A stretch of DNA of 64,000 nucleotides from Octopus bimaculoides (GCF_001194135.2 NC_068993.1:56889917-56953916), one strand, 5' to 3'; numbered from the stretch's first letter, positions 1-12,961 are shown. Numbers and translations are program-made. The notes: generated by a model from the letters alone, not told the origin.

Positions 1-1300
1 TATATATATATATATGTATACATACTTTGCAACCATCTCCCTCTGTAAATATATATATATATATATGTATATATATTTGTTATGTATATATATTATATAT
101 TGCTATAGATAGATATAGATACATATATATACACATACATACGCACACACACAAAGGCGCGCGCACACAGACACACACATATAGAAGAATAGAGAAAGGG
201 ATAAAGAGAATGGGAGTGAGAGGGAGAGAGAGGTAGAGACAAAGAGAGAAAAGAGAGAGAGAGAGAGAGAGAAACTTAGGTATCTACACAGAATGGTATA
301 TTCGCGCACATTAAATAACACACACTCATCCAAACACACACATAAATATTGTTTCTAGCGTTTCTTTCCTTGCTTTCTTTCTTTACCTCCTTCCTTCCTT
401 CCTTACTTCCTTACTTCCTTCCACAATTTCTTTCCTTCTCTCTTTCCTTCTCTCTCTCTCTTCCTCTCCGTTTATATCTCAGAAAATACTCTTTCTAAAA
501 CCAACTCCGTTGTAGCAAGACATTAATATTCCACGTCTGTCTGTGTGTCGACACTATCCTCATCTTATTGATTTATCAATCCGCCTCCAACCCCCCCAAC
601 CCCTTCCCANNNNNNNNNNNNNNNNNNNNNNNNNNNNNNNNNNNNNNNNNNNNNNNNNNNNNNNNNNNNNNNNNNNNNNNNNNNNNNNNNNNNNNNNNNN
701 NNNNNNNNNNNNNNNNNNNNNNNNNNNNNNNNNNNNNNNNNNNNNNNNNNNNNNNNNNNNNNNNNNNNNNNNNNNNNNNNNNNNNNNNNNNNNNNNNNNN
801 NNNNNNNNNNNNNNNNNNNNNNNNNNNNNNNNNNNNNNNNNNNNNNNNNNNNNNNNNNNNNNNNNNNNNNNNNNNNNNNNNNNNNNNNNNNNNNNNNNNN
901 NNNNNNNNNNNNNNNNNNNNNNNNNNNNNNNNNNNNNNNNNNNNNNNNNNNNNNNNNNNNNNNNNNNNNNNNNNNNNNNNNNNNNNNNNNNNNNNNNNNN
1001 NNNNNNNNNNNNNNNNNNNNNNNNNNNNNNNNNNNNNNNNNNNNNNNNNNNNNNNNNNNNNNNNNNNNNNNNNNNNNNNNNNNNNNNNNNNNNNNNNNNN
1101 NNNNNNNNNNNNNNNNNNNNNNNNNNNNNNNNNNNNNNNNNNNNNNNNNNNNNNNNNNNNNNNNNNNNNNNNNNNNNNNNNNNNNNNNNNNNNNNNNNNN
1201 NNNNNNNNNNNNNNNNNNNNNNNNNNNNNNNNNNNNNNNNNNNNNNNNNNNNNNNNNNNNNNNNNNNNNNNNNNNNNNNNNNNNNNNNNNNNNNNNNNNN

Positions 1301-1812
1301 NATGGTGATGATAGTACTGATAAAGGTTGTGGTGGTAGCGGTTGTGGTGGTAGCGGTTGTGGTGGTAGTGGTTGTGGTGGTAGTGGTTGAGTCGATGGTG
1401 TAGTGGTGATGGTTGGTGGCGGTGTTGTTTGTGGTGCTGTCGGTGCGGTGGTGATCATCATTGTCATGGTTAAAATGGGTGGTGACGATGGTGATAATAA
1501 TGATAATGGTGGTGGTGGTGGGGGGGGGTTGATGGAGGTGACGTGATGATGAAGGTGGTGGCGGCGGTGGTGATGACGACGACGACGACTATGATAATGA
1601 TGAGGATAACGAGGATGATGATGATGTTGATTATGATGACGACGACGATGATGATGACGATGATGATGATGATGAGGAGGAGGCGGATGAGCATGTGGAT
1701 GAGAATGATGACGGTGGTAATGGAGATCGTTTTTGAGATGATGCTGATGATGATGATGTTCTGATGATTGCTTGGCGATAGTGGGAGACAATGCAGATAA
1801 TAACAATGGTTC

Positions 1813-1890
<78 letters not shown>

Positions 1891-1892
1891 TG

Positions 1893-1948
<56 letters not shown>
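1301..1948. repeat. Compound trinucleotide microsatellite field (GGT/GAT/GAC)n ending in (AAT)n
   Basis: Includes a 15-bp unit ggttgtggtggtagc repeated about 4 times (1325-1385) and a nearly pure (AAT)n at about 1817-1948. Confidence 0.95.
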
Positions 1949-1949
<1 letters not shown>

Positions 1950-2040
1950 TGGAACATATAGGGGTTGCAATAAGGGTGGGGCACTTACAGAAAACAGCAC
2001 TGTTTGGAACCGCTTGAAAACTCCGGAAGGTGCTTGAAGG
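1949..2040 (+). mobile_element. 3'-terminal fragment of an R4/Dong-type (RLE) non-LTR retrotransposon ORF
   Basis: Translates EHIGVAIRVGHLQKTALFGTA*KLRKVLE, matching the LQKxALLGTARILRKVL C-terminus of R4/Dong/NeSL-type ORFs. Confidence 0.65.
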
Positions 2041-2049
2041 TGCTCTGAT

Positions 2050-3940
2050 TCAAATTTCTCCCAAGCATATAGAGAAAATGGAAGACCATTACGGATAACA
2101 AACAGAAGGGCTGCTTGACAGAAAGACAAAGAGAAGGGAGAAAAATCAGTAATTACAGGTAAATTGCGTGCTTACCTTTGCCTTGGAAATTACAAAACAG
2201 TCTCATGGTAGATGAATTGTATAACTTCTTGGAGAATGAGAATCTCCAGAAGATCATAAAGAAGTCAAGGAGAACTGTTGAGGATTTGTGTGTCGAAAGC
2301 GTGATATAAGTGAAGAACGAAAAAGAAAGGGCTTAGCTGTTAACTGGTTAGACTGAACGGTAGCATACGATAATGTATCAGATTGTTGTTTCTTAGCGAG
2401 CTTCAGGTTCGAAGAAACAATAAGAAGATTAGAAGCATATTTTCAAGAAAAAGTGACTAGATTATGGGTAGTAAAATTAAAGTATAGAATTAAATCTTAA
2501 GTAAGTGTGAAAGTACAAAATAAGATATCTGTTGGAGACTTGCTCTCTCCGTTACATTTCCTGATTGCATTAATTCTTCCTAGTAGCATACTGATAAAAA
2601 TCGAGACTTAACAATGGGTTTGATAAAAAAAAATGTGTGAAAATAAATCATCCATTCTATATCTTTGACTTAAAACTCTACACCAAAGATGAAACATATT
2701 TCGATCTCTTTGTTGAAGAAGAAATGATCTGGGTATATATTTTGGGGTGAATAAATCTGCAGTTTTAAGTAGGGATAGAGTCCGAAATATTTAATCTGAG
2801 GGTATAAAGAAACCACGAGATGATTTCATTAGATTGCCGAAACAGAATGGAAGTTTCACATACTTAGCGTTGCTGAGGTCTGATCGAGTAATGGAAAGAG
2901 AAATGACAAAGTCTCCGAAGAGGACAAGGGAAGGATTTGGAAGCTGCTCAAAACCAAACCAAATGGAAGTAATGTAAAGGTTATCAAAACGTGGGCCATG
3001 TCTGTGCTGCGTTTCTCTGTTCCTTTTGAAAAATAGACAGGAAATGGAGAGAATTAGGAAGCTGCTCACAATATATAATGCACAGGAAACTTAATACAAT
3101 ACCAACAAGTTCTACTTGCCGAGAAGTAAAGGAAGCAGAGTTTTTTCTTTCTTTTTTGCAGATAACATAATCAATGCTACGATATTAGGTTTCAAAAAGT
3201 ATGTTATGCATAATCAACGAAAAATATTATCTGCGACTGGAGATATCGAAGTTATTGAAACAGTGAGAAGAATTCAAGAAGAAAGCTGAACAACAAGAAA
3301 AACAACGGAAAAGGGAATTACGCAGCCAATTCATTTAACAAGCCAAGGATACTAGACGTACAAATCACTGGTTGTGACTGACAGTTGGAAACTGGAAACG
3401 AGAAACCGAATCTCTGTTTGTAGCCGCTCAGAAACAAACCATTAAAATGAATTCAACAAAGAGAAAGATTAGCAAAGCTTAGTCAGAGAGCAAACGCAGG
3501 ATGCGTGGAAAATGGGATGAAAGTACTAATTAACCATCTAAGTGAGTGCAGTAATATAGCAATAATGAATGCAAACCATATTGACTGTGTCGGTAAAAGA
3601 ATGCATTGAGATGCTATCCAAGTCTGTGCATTCGAAGTGATGGGAAAATATCATAAACACGAGCTTGCGATGATGAATAATTATTACAGGATTTTATAGG
3701 AGTTCTCCAAAGTGACTAATCGTACTTCTGAAGCTAGGAGGCCAGATATGATCATTGGCGATAGAAAAAACGGGTTCTGGATTTTGCAATACCACACGAT
3801 TGTAGGTGGCTACTAAAGAAATTGGAACACAAACGTTCTTGTAGTAATCGGTGAATTTGGCACAATGCCCAAAGAATCGGGACACATTGTCGATCTACAG
3901 AAAAATGGACGTGTTTAAACGAGTAATATATTAAGTCTAC
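2050..3940 (+). mobile_element. Decayed R4/Dong-type LINE: RT, CCHC region and restriction-like endonuclease
   Basis: Ordered degenerate motifs across frameshifts and stops: SNYR*IACLPLPWKL, WLD*TVAYDNV, ISVGDLLSPLHFLIAL, KINHPFYIFDLKLY, FTYLALL, KTWAMSVLRFS, FYLPRSKG, WKRETESLFVAAQKQ, RPDMIIGDRK, VVIGEFGTMPK. Confidence 0.8.
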
Positions 3941-4159
3941 CCTAAAAATTTAGGAAATATCCCTCTCACGAACATCTACTCAACATCTGTCTTCGAAATA
4001 GCACACACAATATTCAGTCGATTCTAGGCTATGAAAGGAGACACTTCTTACGTGTTGCGGAGTTGAACTTGAAGACATCTAGTCGTGAAGCAAACTTCTG
4101 TCATGTTTGTAGTCATGACCACGTAACGGGTGAAACATAGCGTGATGTAACAAAATTGA

Positions 4160-4290
4160 ATACGACAGAGTAGCATCGAATTTGCAAGAAGAAATTTTAA
4201 CAAGCTAAAGAAGGTATTGACGCTACTAAGATCTCAAGAGAGTGAAACTAATTCTTATTTTATGTCTTTCTGGTTTTGATACGGTAAACA
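4160..4290 (+). mobile_element. Possible very old LINE (RTE-like) post-RT remnant
   Basis: IEFARRNFNKLKKVLT resembles the RIxIARxxFNKLxxVL segment downstream of RT; no other motifs recognised. Confidence 0.3.
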
Positions 4291-5701
4291 AACATATACG
4301 GTTTACAATATTGAATACAACAAGGAGTGATCAGATCATAGCCAACAAAAAGGAGACATAAAGAAATGTAATGGAACTAATTTAAAATAAAAGCAACACT
4401 ATACTATAATATATCAACTATGACATACGATACAAAACAGCAAGATATACAATACATGTTTATTAGGAATGTGCGGTAGCGTGAGGTAAATACAATCACA
4501 CTTCGCAGCGCAAGGACCATGGCTGCTACAAGCGGTGTTCTTTCAAAATGTTCAGCTTCAATGAAAAGGCCAGGCATTTTATTTCTAGCACCCATTAAAG
4601 TAAAGCAAAAACATATAAGAGCTAGGTGAACAAAAGAACATAATACCTAGAAGTTCTATGAGCACAATGTACAGCTATTCTATATCCAATGGCCACCAGA
4701 ACCATGAAAGGATATGTACGTATTCTAAAAGAGAAAAGAACGAGGCTGTAACATAAAAACTAAGAACTCCAAAGTGTATAAACACACCGAGTCCCAATAC
4801 GTGTTTACCTCTTAAAAATATAAACTACACAACAGATATTCTACACAACCACACAATATAAACTACACAACCACCTTGCAATTATGTAGAAGGAACACAA
4901 CATGTATTGACATTATTTCCAACACCTCACTCCCATTAGTATTCTGCAGCTAACACAGCGCATATTCTACACAATCAACTCCTTAGGCAATAACATAACA
5001 TGCGCAGTACACCTACTCACATATACAGATGAACGTGTGTGTGTGTGCGTGTGTGAGTGTGTGTGTGTGTGAGACATTATAAACTCGAAACGATTCGTAT
5101 TGTATCCTTGAGATTTCATTATATATTTCAATATACTTTACACACGTTCACGCGTTCATACACATGTAAACGCACATACATATATATACACAAACGACTC
5201 GTAACATATCCTAGAGATTGCATTATATATTTTACACATGCACACACACGTACACAGAAGCATTTATACACGTTCACACAAAACAAAATAATATGCCACA
5301 AAAATGAAAGCCAGGCGGAGTAGATTGCTTCCAAGGTCAACGTTGCTTCCTCATAACATGCCTCTTCCCACTCCTCTCCTTTGATTTTATATTTTTATTC
5401 TATAAGTCTGTTTATATGTTGCGAGCTGCTTTTTAATTAGCTCTGCTGTAGATTTGAAATGTCAGGTATTTTTGATATACTCTTAGTTGTTTGATAAATT
5501 GTAATATGTTTGAAACGTTGAAGGATGCTTGATAATTTACGTGTTGTGAGATGTTTGAGGTATTGTAATGTATGTTTCCAATGTTGTGTTGTATGTTTCA
5601 TATGTTGCAATGCATGCGTCAAATGTGAGATATCGCATATATCTTGAAGTTTATTTCGTATATTAAGACGTATATTTAATATGTTGTGATGTATATTTAC
5701 T

Positions 5702-5927
5702 AAAGCGCCGAGCTGGCTGAATCGATAGCACGCTGTTCGAAATGCTTAGTGGTATTTCGTCTGTCTTTACGTTCTAGGTTCAAATTCCGCCGAGGTTGAC
5801 CTTGCCTTTGCCTTTCATCCTTTCGGGCTCGATAAATTAAGTACCAGTTATGCACTGGTGTCGATGTAATCTACTTAATCCCTTTGTCTGTCCTTGGTTA
5901 GCCTCTTGTCGGCAATAAAGAAATAAG
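5702..5927 (+). mobile_element. SINE family A, full length, tail type 1
   Basis: A-box-like tggctgaatcgatag, B-box-like ggttcaaattcc, central cctttcatcctttcgggctcgataaattaagtaccagt, tail ccctttgtctgtcc...ggcaataaagaaataag. Confidence 0.85.
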
Positions 5928-5947
5928 TTGTGACTAAATTGACATAA

Positions 5948-6152
5948 CTCTAGGCACAAGATCCAACATTTTCGGGGAGGGGCCAGTTGATCAGATTGAC
6001 CGCAGTACGCAACTAGTACTTAATTTATCGACCCCGAAAGGATGAAAGCCAAAGTCGACCTCGGCAGAATTTGAACTCAGAACGTAAAGACAGACGAAAT
6101 ATTGCTAAGCTCTTCACCCGGCGTGCTAACGTTTCTACAAGCACGCCGCCTT
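5948..6152 (-). mobile_element. SINE family A, tail type 2
   Basis: Reverse complement of the family A head, core and ccttgtgcctagag tail. Confidence 0.85.
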
Positions 6153-6197
6153 AGTTGATATAATGTTGCTGTATGTCAAGTATAGTGCAATATATAA

Positions 6198-6355
6198 TCG
6201 TCTGTCTTTATGTTCTGAGTTCAAATTCCGCCGAGGTCGACCTTGCCTTTCATCCTTTCTAGGTCGATAAATTGAGTGGCAGTTGTGTACTGGTTTCGAT
6301 CTAATCGACTGACCCCTCCCCAAAAATTTCGGGCCTTGTGCCTCGAGTAGAGAGG
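6198..6355 (+). mobile_element. SINE family A, 5'-truncated, tail type 2
   Basis: B box gagttcaaattcc, core, and tail cccctccccaaaaatttcgggccttgtgcctcgagtag. Confidence 0.85.
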
Positions 6356-6394
6356 AAAAGAATATATGTTCGCTATATTGTAATATAGTATCGG

Positions 6395-6690
6395 TTGTGA
6401 GTGGATTTGGTAGACGGAAACTGAAAGAAGCCCGTCGTATATATGTATATATATATATATGTATGTGTGTATATATGTTTATGTGTTTGTGTTTGTTCCC
6501 CTAACATCGCTTGACAACCGATGGTGGTGTGTTTAGGTCCCCGTAACTTAGCGGTTCGGCAAAAGAGACCGATAGAATAAGTACTAGGCTTACAAAGAAT
6601 AAGTCCTGGGGTCGAATTGCTCGACTAAAGGCGGTGCTCCAGCATGGCCGCAGTCAAAGGACTGAAACAAGTAAAAAAGAGTAAAGATAA
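6395..6690 (+). mobile_element. SINE family B, 5'-truncated
   Basis: gtgagtggatttggtagacggaaactgaaagaagcccgtcg, internal (TA/TG)n, 3' part ending gaaacaagtaaaaaagagtaaaga; matches other copies in the window. Confidence 0.9.
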
Positions 6691-7174
6691 AAGATATAGA
6701 GCTGACATCGGGGAAGAATATCAATAGGTTTGTTTTTAGATCGATCGCCCGGTTCAAACAATTGAAAAGTGATTTACTCATTGATGAAATCTGTGTTTTA
6801 AACAAGATTAAGGATGAGACGAATATAGAAACAATCTTGGTGAGAATATCGGTGTAAGGGGTGGACTTTCTTGGTATTTGCAGCATCGGGTGTAAAATAC
6901 AATTAGAGTACATGATTGCGAAAAACATCAATGGCGGTTGCTCGAGATTATCAAACACGCACGCACGCACGCACAGGCTCACGCGCGCACGCACTGTAAC
7001 TCCATTTCCACACACATATAACCCACAGAAACACCTGCTTACCCACAAACTTCCGCCCACGTTACCGTTACATTCTCCACACTTCAAACAGTTTCACCGA
7101 TTCTTTCCACTCCATTTATCTCATTACCTTTATCTTCTCCATTATCCTCACTTCCTTCCTTCCTATCCTTTTTG

Positions 7175-7197
7175 CATTTCCTTCCTTCCTTCTTTCC

Positions 7198-7242
<45 letters not shown>

Positions 7243-7306
7243 TTTTCTTTATTTCTTTCTTCCTTTTCTTTCTTTCTTTCTTTCTTTCTTTCCTTCTTTC
7301 TTCCCT

Positions 7307-7362
<56 letters not shown>

Positions 7363-7370
7363 TCCTTTTT

Positions 7371-7422
<52 letters not shown>

Positions 7423-7700
7423 TGCTTATTTGTCTATTTGTTTCTTGTTTTCTTTTTATATACATGTGCCTTCTTTTTTTATTCACTCATTCCTCTCTCC
7501 CTCCCCCCTCTCTCTCTCACTTTCTCTCATTCTCACACTTTCTCCCTCTCTCATACTTTCTCTCTCTCTCTCTCTCACACTTTCTCTCTCTCTCTTTCTC
7601 TTTCTCTCTCTCGCTCTCTCTCTCTATCTTATCTACCTACCTACCTACCTACCTACCTACCTACCTACCTACCTACCTACCTATCTATCTATCTATCTAC

Positions 7701-7752
<52 letters not shown>

Positions 7753-7851
7753 TTATCTAACTATCTATCTATCTATCAACCATTCTATCTGTCTGTCTAT
7801 TTATATATCTGTCTCTCTGTATTCCCCACCTCTCTCTCTCTCTCGTTCTCC

Positions 7852-7914
<63 letters not shown>

Positions 7915-7990
7915 ACTATCTATCAACATATCTATCTGTCTGTCTGTCTATTTATCTTTCTCTCTCTCGTTCTCCCTATCTATTTATCTA
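7175..7990. repeat. Compound tetranucleotide/dinucleotide microsatellites (TTTC)n, (CT)n, (CTAC)n, (CTAT)n
   Basis: Direct inspection. Confidence 0.95.
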
Positions 7991-8494
7991 TCTATACACA
8001 TTTCTCTATTTCTCTATTCTCTATTTACCCTTATAAAGTAACGTTGATTCCGTTAATGCATCCCTATTTCTTCCCTTCTTTCAATAAATGCTGTGGTGTA
8101 TAACGCCCGCTTGCATGACACTGTTCTGATTTTATTCTTGTACTTGCTGTAAATCTTAATGCGTTTGTTATCGTTCTTGTCATCAGTGTTATCATAATCG
8201 CTATTGCTAACATTATTGTAAACTTCGTTCTTTTTGATTGGTATCTAAGTAATCCCATATTGATTAAACCTACATAAAAAAGAGCGTGATCTGATTTGAC
8301 TGTCCTTTCCAGCATTTTGAGCGAGCACTTAGGGGTATTCCTCATCCTCATTGGCTCGTGTGTATAAAACTCATACTTGTTTTTATTTTGACCTAGGTCA
8401 ACGTTTATGGAGCTGAACTGTGAGTCAACTTAAGAAAACTTACAGAATCCACCCATCTTTTGCATCGATGGCTTCATTTCAAGTAGAAAATGAC

Positions 8495-9330
8495 GACGTG
8501 TGATGACGGAATTCTCTCCAATACACTTTCTGTCAACTCTGGGGTGCACCCAGATCCAGTTTTATTTCATACGCTTGTCTTTCAATACATCACAAACCTG
8601 CAACGTATCACCCTTAACAAAGCTCTCCCTTACTCAGAAGAAGCAAAATCTTCATTCTGCCCTAGTCTTTCAAACGCAAATGTTTTAATACCCGCCGTGC
8701 AACCAAGACACAACACACCAAATCTGTATCGACGTCATGGATGAAAACATCAAAAACATCCTCCAATATGCCAGTAATCACTGCTCATGTGAATATGTCA
8801 CACACAAGAACCGCTGCAATCTCTTTAAATGAACGCTGTCATTCTCACTGACGATCAATATTGGTAAACACATTAACCCACAACTTTAACAGCACTGGTT
8901 GTATCAAAAACACCGACCCTCTGCACCATAACCAGAAAACAGTCCAGGCCACCGACATACTTGCTATATCTCTACAAATACTAACAGTCTCAAGTGATGC
9001 CCACAAAGGTATGTTGCTTCTATATTTGTAATGGTGCCCCCAGTTACACATATACACATACATACGTACAAAAACACGAACACTGGAGTCCTAGACGACA
9101 TCCAAAGAAAAAACCACTCGCCTCTTGGGTTTGAAATCTCATACACTCTTCATTTTTTCCCTACAGACGTTCTGCTTCTTCCCTTTTTGTCTATTCTACT
9201 GTTCAGAACTGAATACATCGTGCATCTTCATTTCAGTCACATACGACGTTATCGGTTCTTCCTACCATGACACACACAAATCTCTGCACTGATTAACATG
9301 TCCTGAACACAATCCCACCACCGTCAGAAT
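8495..9330 (+). mobile_element. Decayed CR1/L2/Jockey-group LINE RT fragment
   Basis: DGILSNTLSVNSGVHPDPVLFHTLVFQYITNL aligns by eye to the V(N)SGVPQGSVLSPTLFLxYINDL RT motif; downstream GVLDDIQRK resembles LLDRVQRK. Confidence 0.55.
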
Positions 9331-10656
9331 ATTAACTGTTTTGAACACTTTGCTGCACATATTTCCCCTTCATCTTGCAAAAGCTTACGACGTCTTTTCA
9401 CACGGATGCCGCCGGGACAGCCGAAGGCCATGGGCACTACTCCTTTCCGCTTGACTCATCTTATAAAGCATTGCATTTTCGCTGTGACAATCCCCTCCTT
9501 TAATAAAAGTTACTTGGGATTACATTACTTGCGTTTTCCATATTAAAAACGAAATGATACGCTGTAAGCTGAAGGAGATTTCGGTACTATTTCTAGCAGG
9601 ACGGGTAACCATGTAGAGACTCCCTAACTGAGTCTTACTAGTTATTCTCTCGTTGATGTCGAGGATGGCGCTGCAGCTTTACTCCTGCTGATTCTCTTGG
9701 CGTTGTTGTTGGTGTTGAAACCGTTTCTCCCGCTGTTGCTGTTGTTATTGTTGTTGTTAGTAGAAGTGTTGGTGTTGTTATTGTAATTTCATTTGTTGTT
9801 GCTTAGCTGCTGCTGCTGCTGCTGCTGTTGGTGTGGGTGATGTTTTCTCTTGTTTTATTTTTATTAGAAATGTTGTTGCTACTGTTCTTGGCATGTTTTT
9901 TTTTCTTTTTTTACGATTCTTTTTGTTGCTGTTGTAGCTGCCAATGTTGCAGTCGTTGCGTAGCTGTTATTGTTGTTGTTCTTGTATATTTTTTGTTGTT
10001 GTTTTGTTACTGGGGAATCATATTTTCTGTCGCCAGTGGCAACAGCCCGCTCCCCACCAAGCATCTTTTAAATTGAATTTAAATTTCATAATCCAATATA
10101 TTTTAGATTTCTTTCAAAGGTGATGGAGAAGGGGCGTTGATATACTGCGCATTTCGTGTGTCTATGTGCGCGCGAGTGCATATATTCGCGCGTGCGACAA
10201 TGTATGTATGCATATATATATGTGTGTGTGTGTGTATGTGTGTGTACATGTGTATCAGTGAGCATGTTAGAGCATGCATGTATCTTCAAGTATGCGTGTC
10301 CGTGTTTTCATATCTGTTTTAGCTTTAACTATACGGCATGTAATGTATCTGTGTCCGTATCTGCAAATTTGTATACGCGTATGTGTATACATGCAGACAC
10401 ATATATGCATATACATACATGCTTGCATTCATACATATATATCTTTATACACGCACGCCGGTATATGTCTATGCATGGGAACGTTATTTCATTTGTAAAT
10501 ATTGTATGTGTATACAAAAACACATTGTATGTGCATGTATGTATATGTATGTATATGTATCAGTACATATACATGCGCATTTATATGTACGCATGTATAT
10601 ATATATGTATATATATGTATATATACATGAATTTATATATAAGTATATATATTTAT

Positions 10657-10830
10657 GTGGCTGTGTGGTAAGTAGCTTGCTTACCAACCACATGGTTCCG
10701 GGTTCATTCCCACTGTGTGGCACCTTGGGCAAGTGTCTTCTACTATAGCCCCGCGTCGACCAAAGCCTTGTGAGTGGATTTGGTAGACGGAAACTGAAAG
10801 AAGCCTGTCGTATATATGTATGTATATATA
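10657..10830 (+). mobile_element. SINE family B 5' half (tRNA-like head, ccttgggcaagt CORE-like motif), ending in the internal (TA)n
   Basis: gtggctgtgtggtaagtagcttgcttaccaaccacatggttccgggttcattcccactg... Confidence 0.9.
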
Positions 10831-10924
10831 TGTCAATCGCTGTTGTGTTTTGCATCACTAGATAACAACTTCTTTTTACAACGAATGTATATTCGTAACA
10901 CACTCGATTGATTCATTAGCTAGA

Positions 10925-11135
10925 GGGCTTGTAGAGTCTTTACCACATCGGACAAAGTGCTTAGCGGCATTTCTTCTGGCTTTAAATATTCTGATTTTAA
11001 AATCCGTAGACGTCGACTTTGCCTTTCATATTTTTGGATCGATAAATAAAAGTACCAGTTAAACACTGGGTTCGAAATAATCGACTATCACTCTTCCCAA
11101 AAGAATTTGTTGACCTTGTCCTAAAATTTGAAACA
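10925..11135 (+). mobile_element. SINE family A, old diverged copy
   Basis: gcttagcggcatttc...gtcgactttgcctttcat...gataaataaaagtaccagt. Confidence 0.75.
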
Positions 11136-11678
11136 ATTAGTATTATCATTACCGAGATACAAACAAAATAGAAACATTTATTTCTCTTCTGCATTGTTTG
11201 AGAAGCGGAAGTTAAATAAACGGTGAGATTGGACAGCATTAAAAGTACTTTTTAGTCCAGTTTCATCTTCGAATTAATCAAAATTAGGAATGTTAGAATT
11301 ATCGTAATATTGGAATATATATCAGTAAATATAGGATGTATGGGATTATAAGACAGAAAATAATGGAATTAAATGAGATGGAGTTGTATATCAAGTACAA
11401 TATTTGTGAGGGATTTAAACGTTATCAACTAAAAAAGACATAAATCTTATTTTAAATAGAATCACGTTCTTAAACTGTTCTTGGCTTTCAACATAGATGT
11501 GATTTAAATGCGAAGCATAATTTATGTTATTGAGAATAGAAATTTTATATTATATTAAAGCGAGTTAGGAAAATTGTCTTGTCGCGGCAAAACTAAATGG
11601 GCAGGCGACGGGGAGTTAAAAGAACCGTTCTACCTCACACAGCGCATCTGCACGGATGTTAATATTTATCTAAATCTA

Positions 11679-11888
11679 AGCCGGTGAGCTGGCAGAATCG
11701 TTAGCACACCGAGCGAAATGCTTAGCCGTATTTCGTCGTCTTTGCGTTCTGAGTTCAAATTCCGCCGAGATCGATTCCACCTTCTTTCCATTTTCTTGGA
11801 AGTACCAGTTGAGTACTGGGGTTGATGTGATATACTTAACCCCACCCCCACCCGGAATTGCTGAACTCGGGCCAAAATTTGAAACCAA
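11679..11888 (+). mobile_element. SINE family A (first unit of a tandem dimer)
   Basis: Intact head gagctggcagaatcgttagcac and B box gagttcaaattcc; partly deleted core. Confidence 0.85.
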
Positions 11889-11920
11889 TGCACTGATGTT
11901 AATATCTATCCAAATCTAAG

Positions 11921-12124
11921 GTAGCAGAATCGTTAGCACATCGGACAAAATTCTTCGCGGTATTTCGTCCGTCTTTACGTTCTGAGTTCAATTTCCGCCC
12001 ATGTCGACTTTACCATTCATTCATTTTCTGGGTCGATAAATTAAATACCAGTTGAGCACTGGCGTCGATGTAATCGACTTAACCCCTATCCAGTGTTGAT
12101 GGCCTTGGGCCAAAGTATGAGATC
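11921..12124 (+). mobile_element. SINE family A (second unit of a tandem dimer)
   Basis: Head gcagaatcgttagcac, B box, core ggtcgataaattaaataccagttgagcactgg. Confidence 0.85.
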
Positions 12125-12961
12125 TATATCTGATTGAGTTTGAGTAACGAGGTAGTTCCGGGAAATAGGGGTCCAGGGCCGTCCTATTGCTGCAGAAGAA
12201 AAATCCAATACAGAGCAGTTGTTAGGTTGTCAACTTGCGATTCCTCTCCTGTCAAGTGAACAAATCTGAACCTGAGATCGATTCTGTTAGGGAACTCCTG
12301 GTGAAATATCAACACAGATTAGTAACTGGCTGTCTCGAAACGATAAGATAAATGTCGTCCGATCTCCTGTTGTCATTCGATCTAACATCGCTGGTTTCAA
12401 TTGCTAGTCACACACATATTACCAATAAACTCACAAATGTTAGAGGTTAGTGTAAACTGGATACATGAATTTGAATATTCAACACTGTGTTCGCAGTGAG
12501 ATCGCACACGTATTGTTCAAATGAATTGTTTACAATCGTTATAACATACAGCGTTGGATAACAAAATATAAAACCAAACTATAAAACATATTCAATAGTA
12601 TATTATTGCAAAAATATTTCAAACATTTAATACATTGGTAATTTAATGTTTATCTTACTGCCACGAAAGCAAAATATGGTTATTGGTCTAGACAGTCTCC
12701 TTTAACCTCTGATGTTAATGTATTTTATATGCAATGGTTTCGTAGATAGGTAAATGTGACACGGAGTTGGTCACAAAGACGACAAAGAAAAAGACGAAAC
12801 GTGCGTACAACTCTTGCTTCTTTCTAGTCCGTACCCGTAAAATATAGACAGATTGTTTCCAAGGGCCGTAATGCATAGAGTTAGCTAAAATCTTTTGTAG
12901 TGCATTATAGCAATGCAATAAAATGCTGTCGCAATTGTTGTAACGCACAGTGTCGTGGCGG

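Noticed and set aside
565-2129. Long ORFs (461, 286, 219 aa) with poly-L/H/P/Y runs
   Set aside because: Translations of trinucleotide microsatellites and an N gap; no domain.
6861-8103. ORFs of 221-299 aa rich in F/L/S/Y
   Set aside because: (TTTC)n, (CT)n and (CTAT)n translations.
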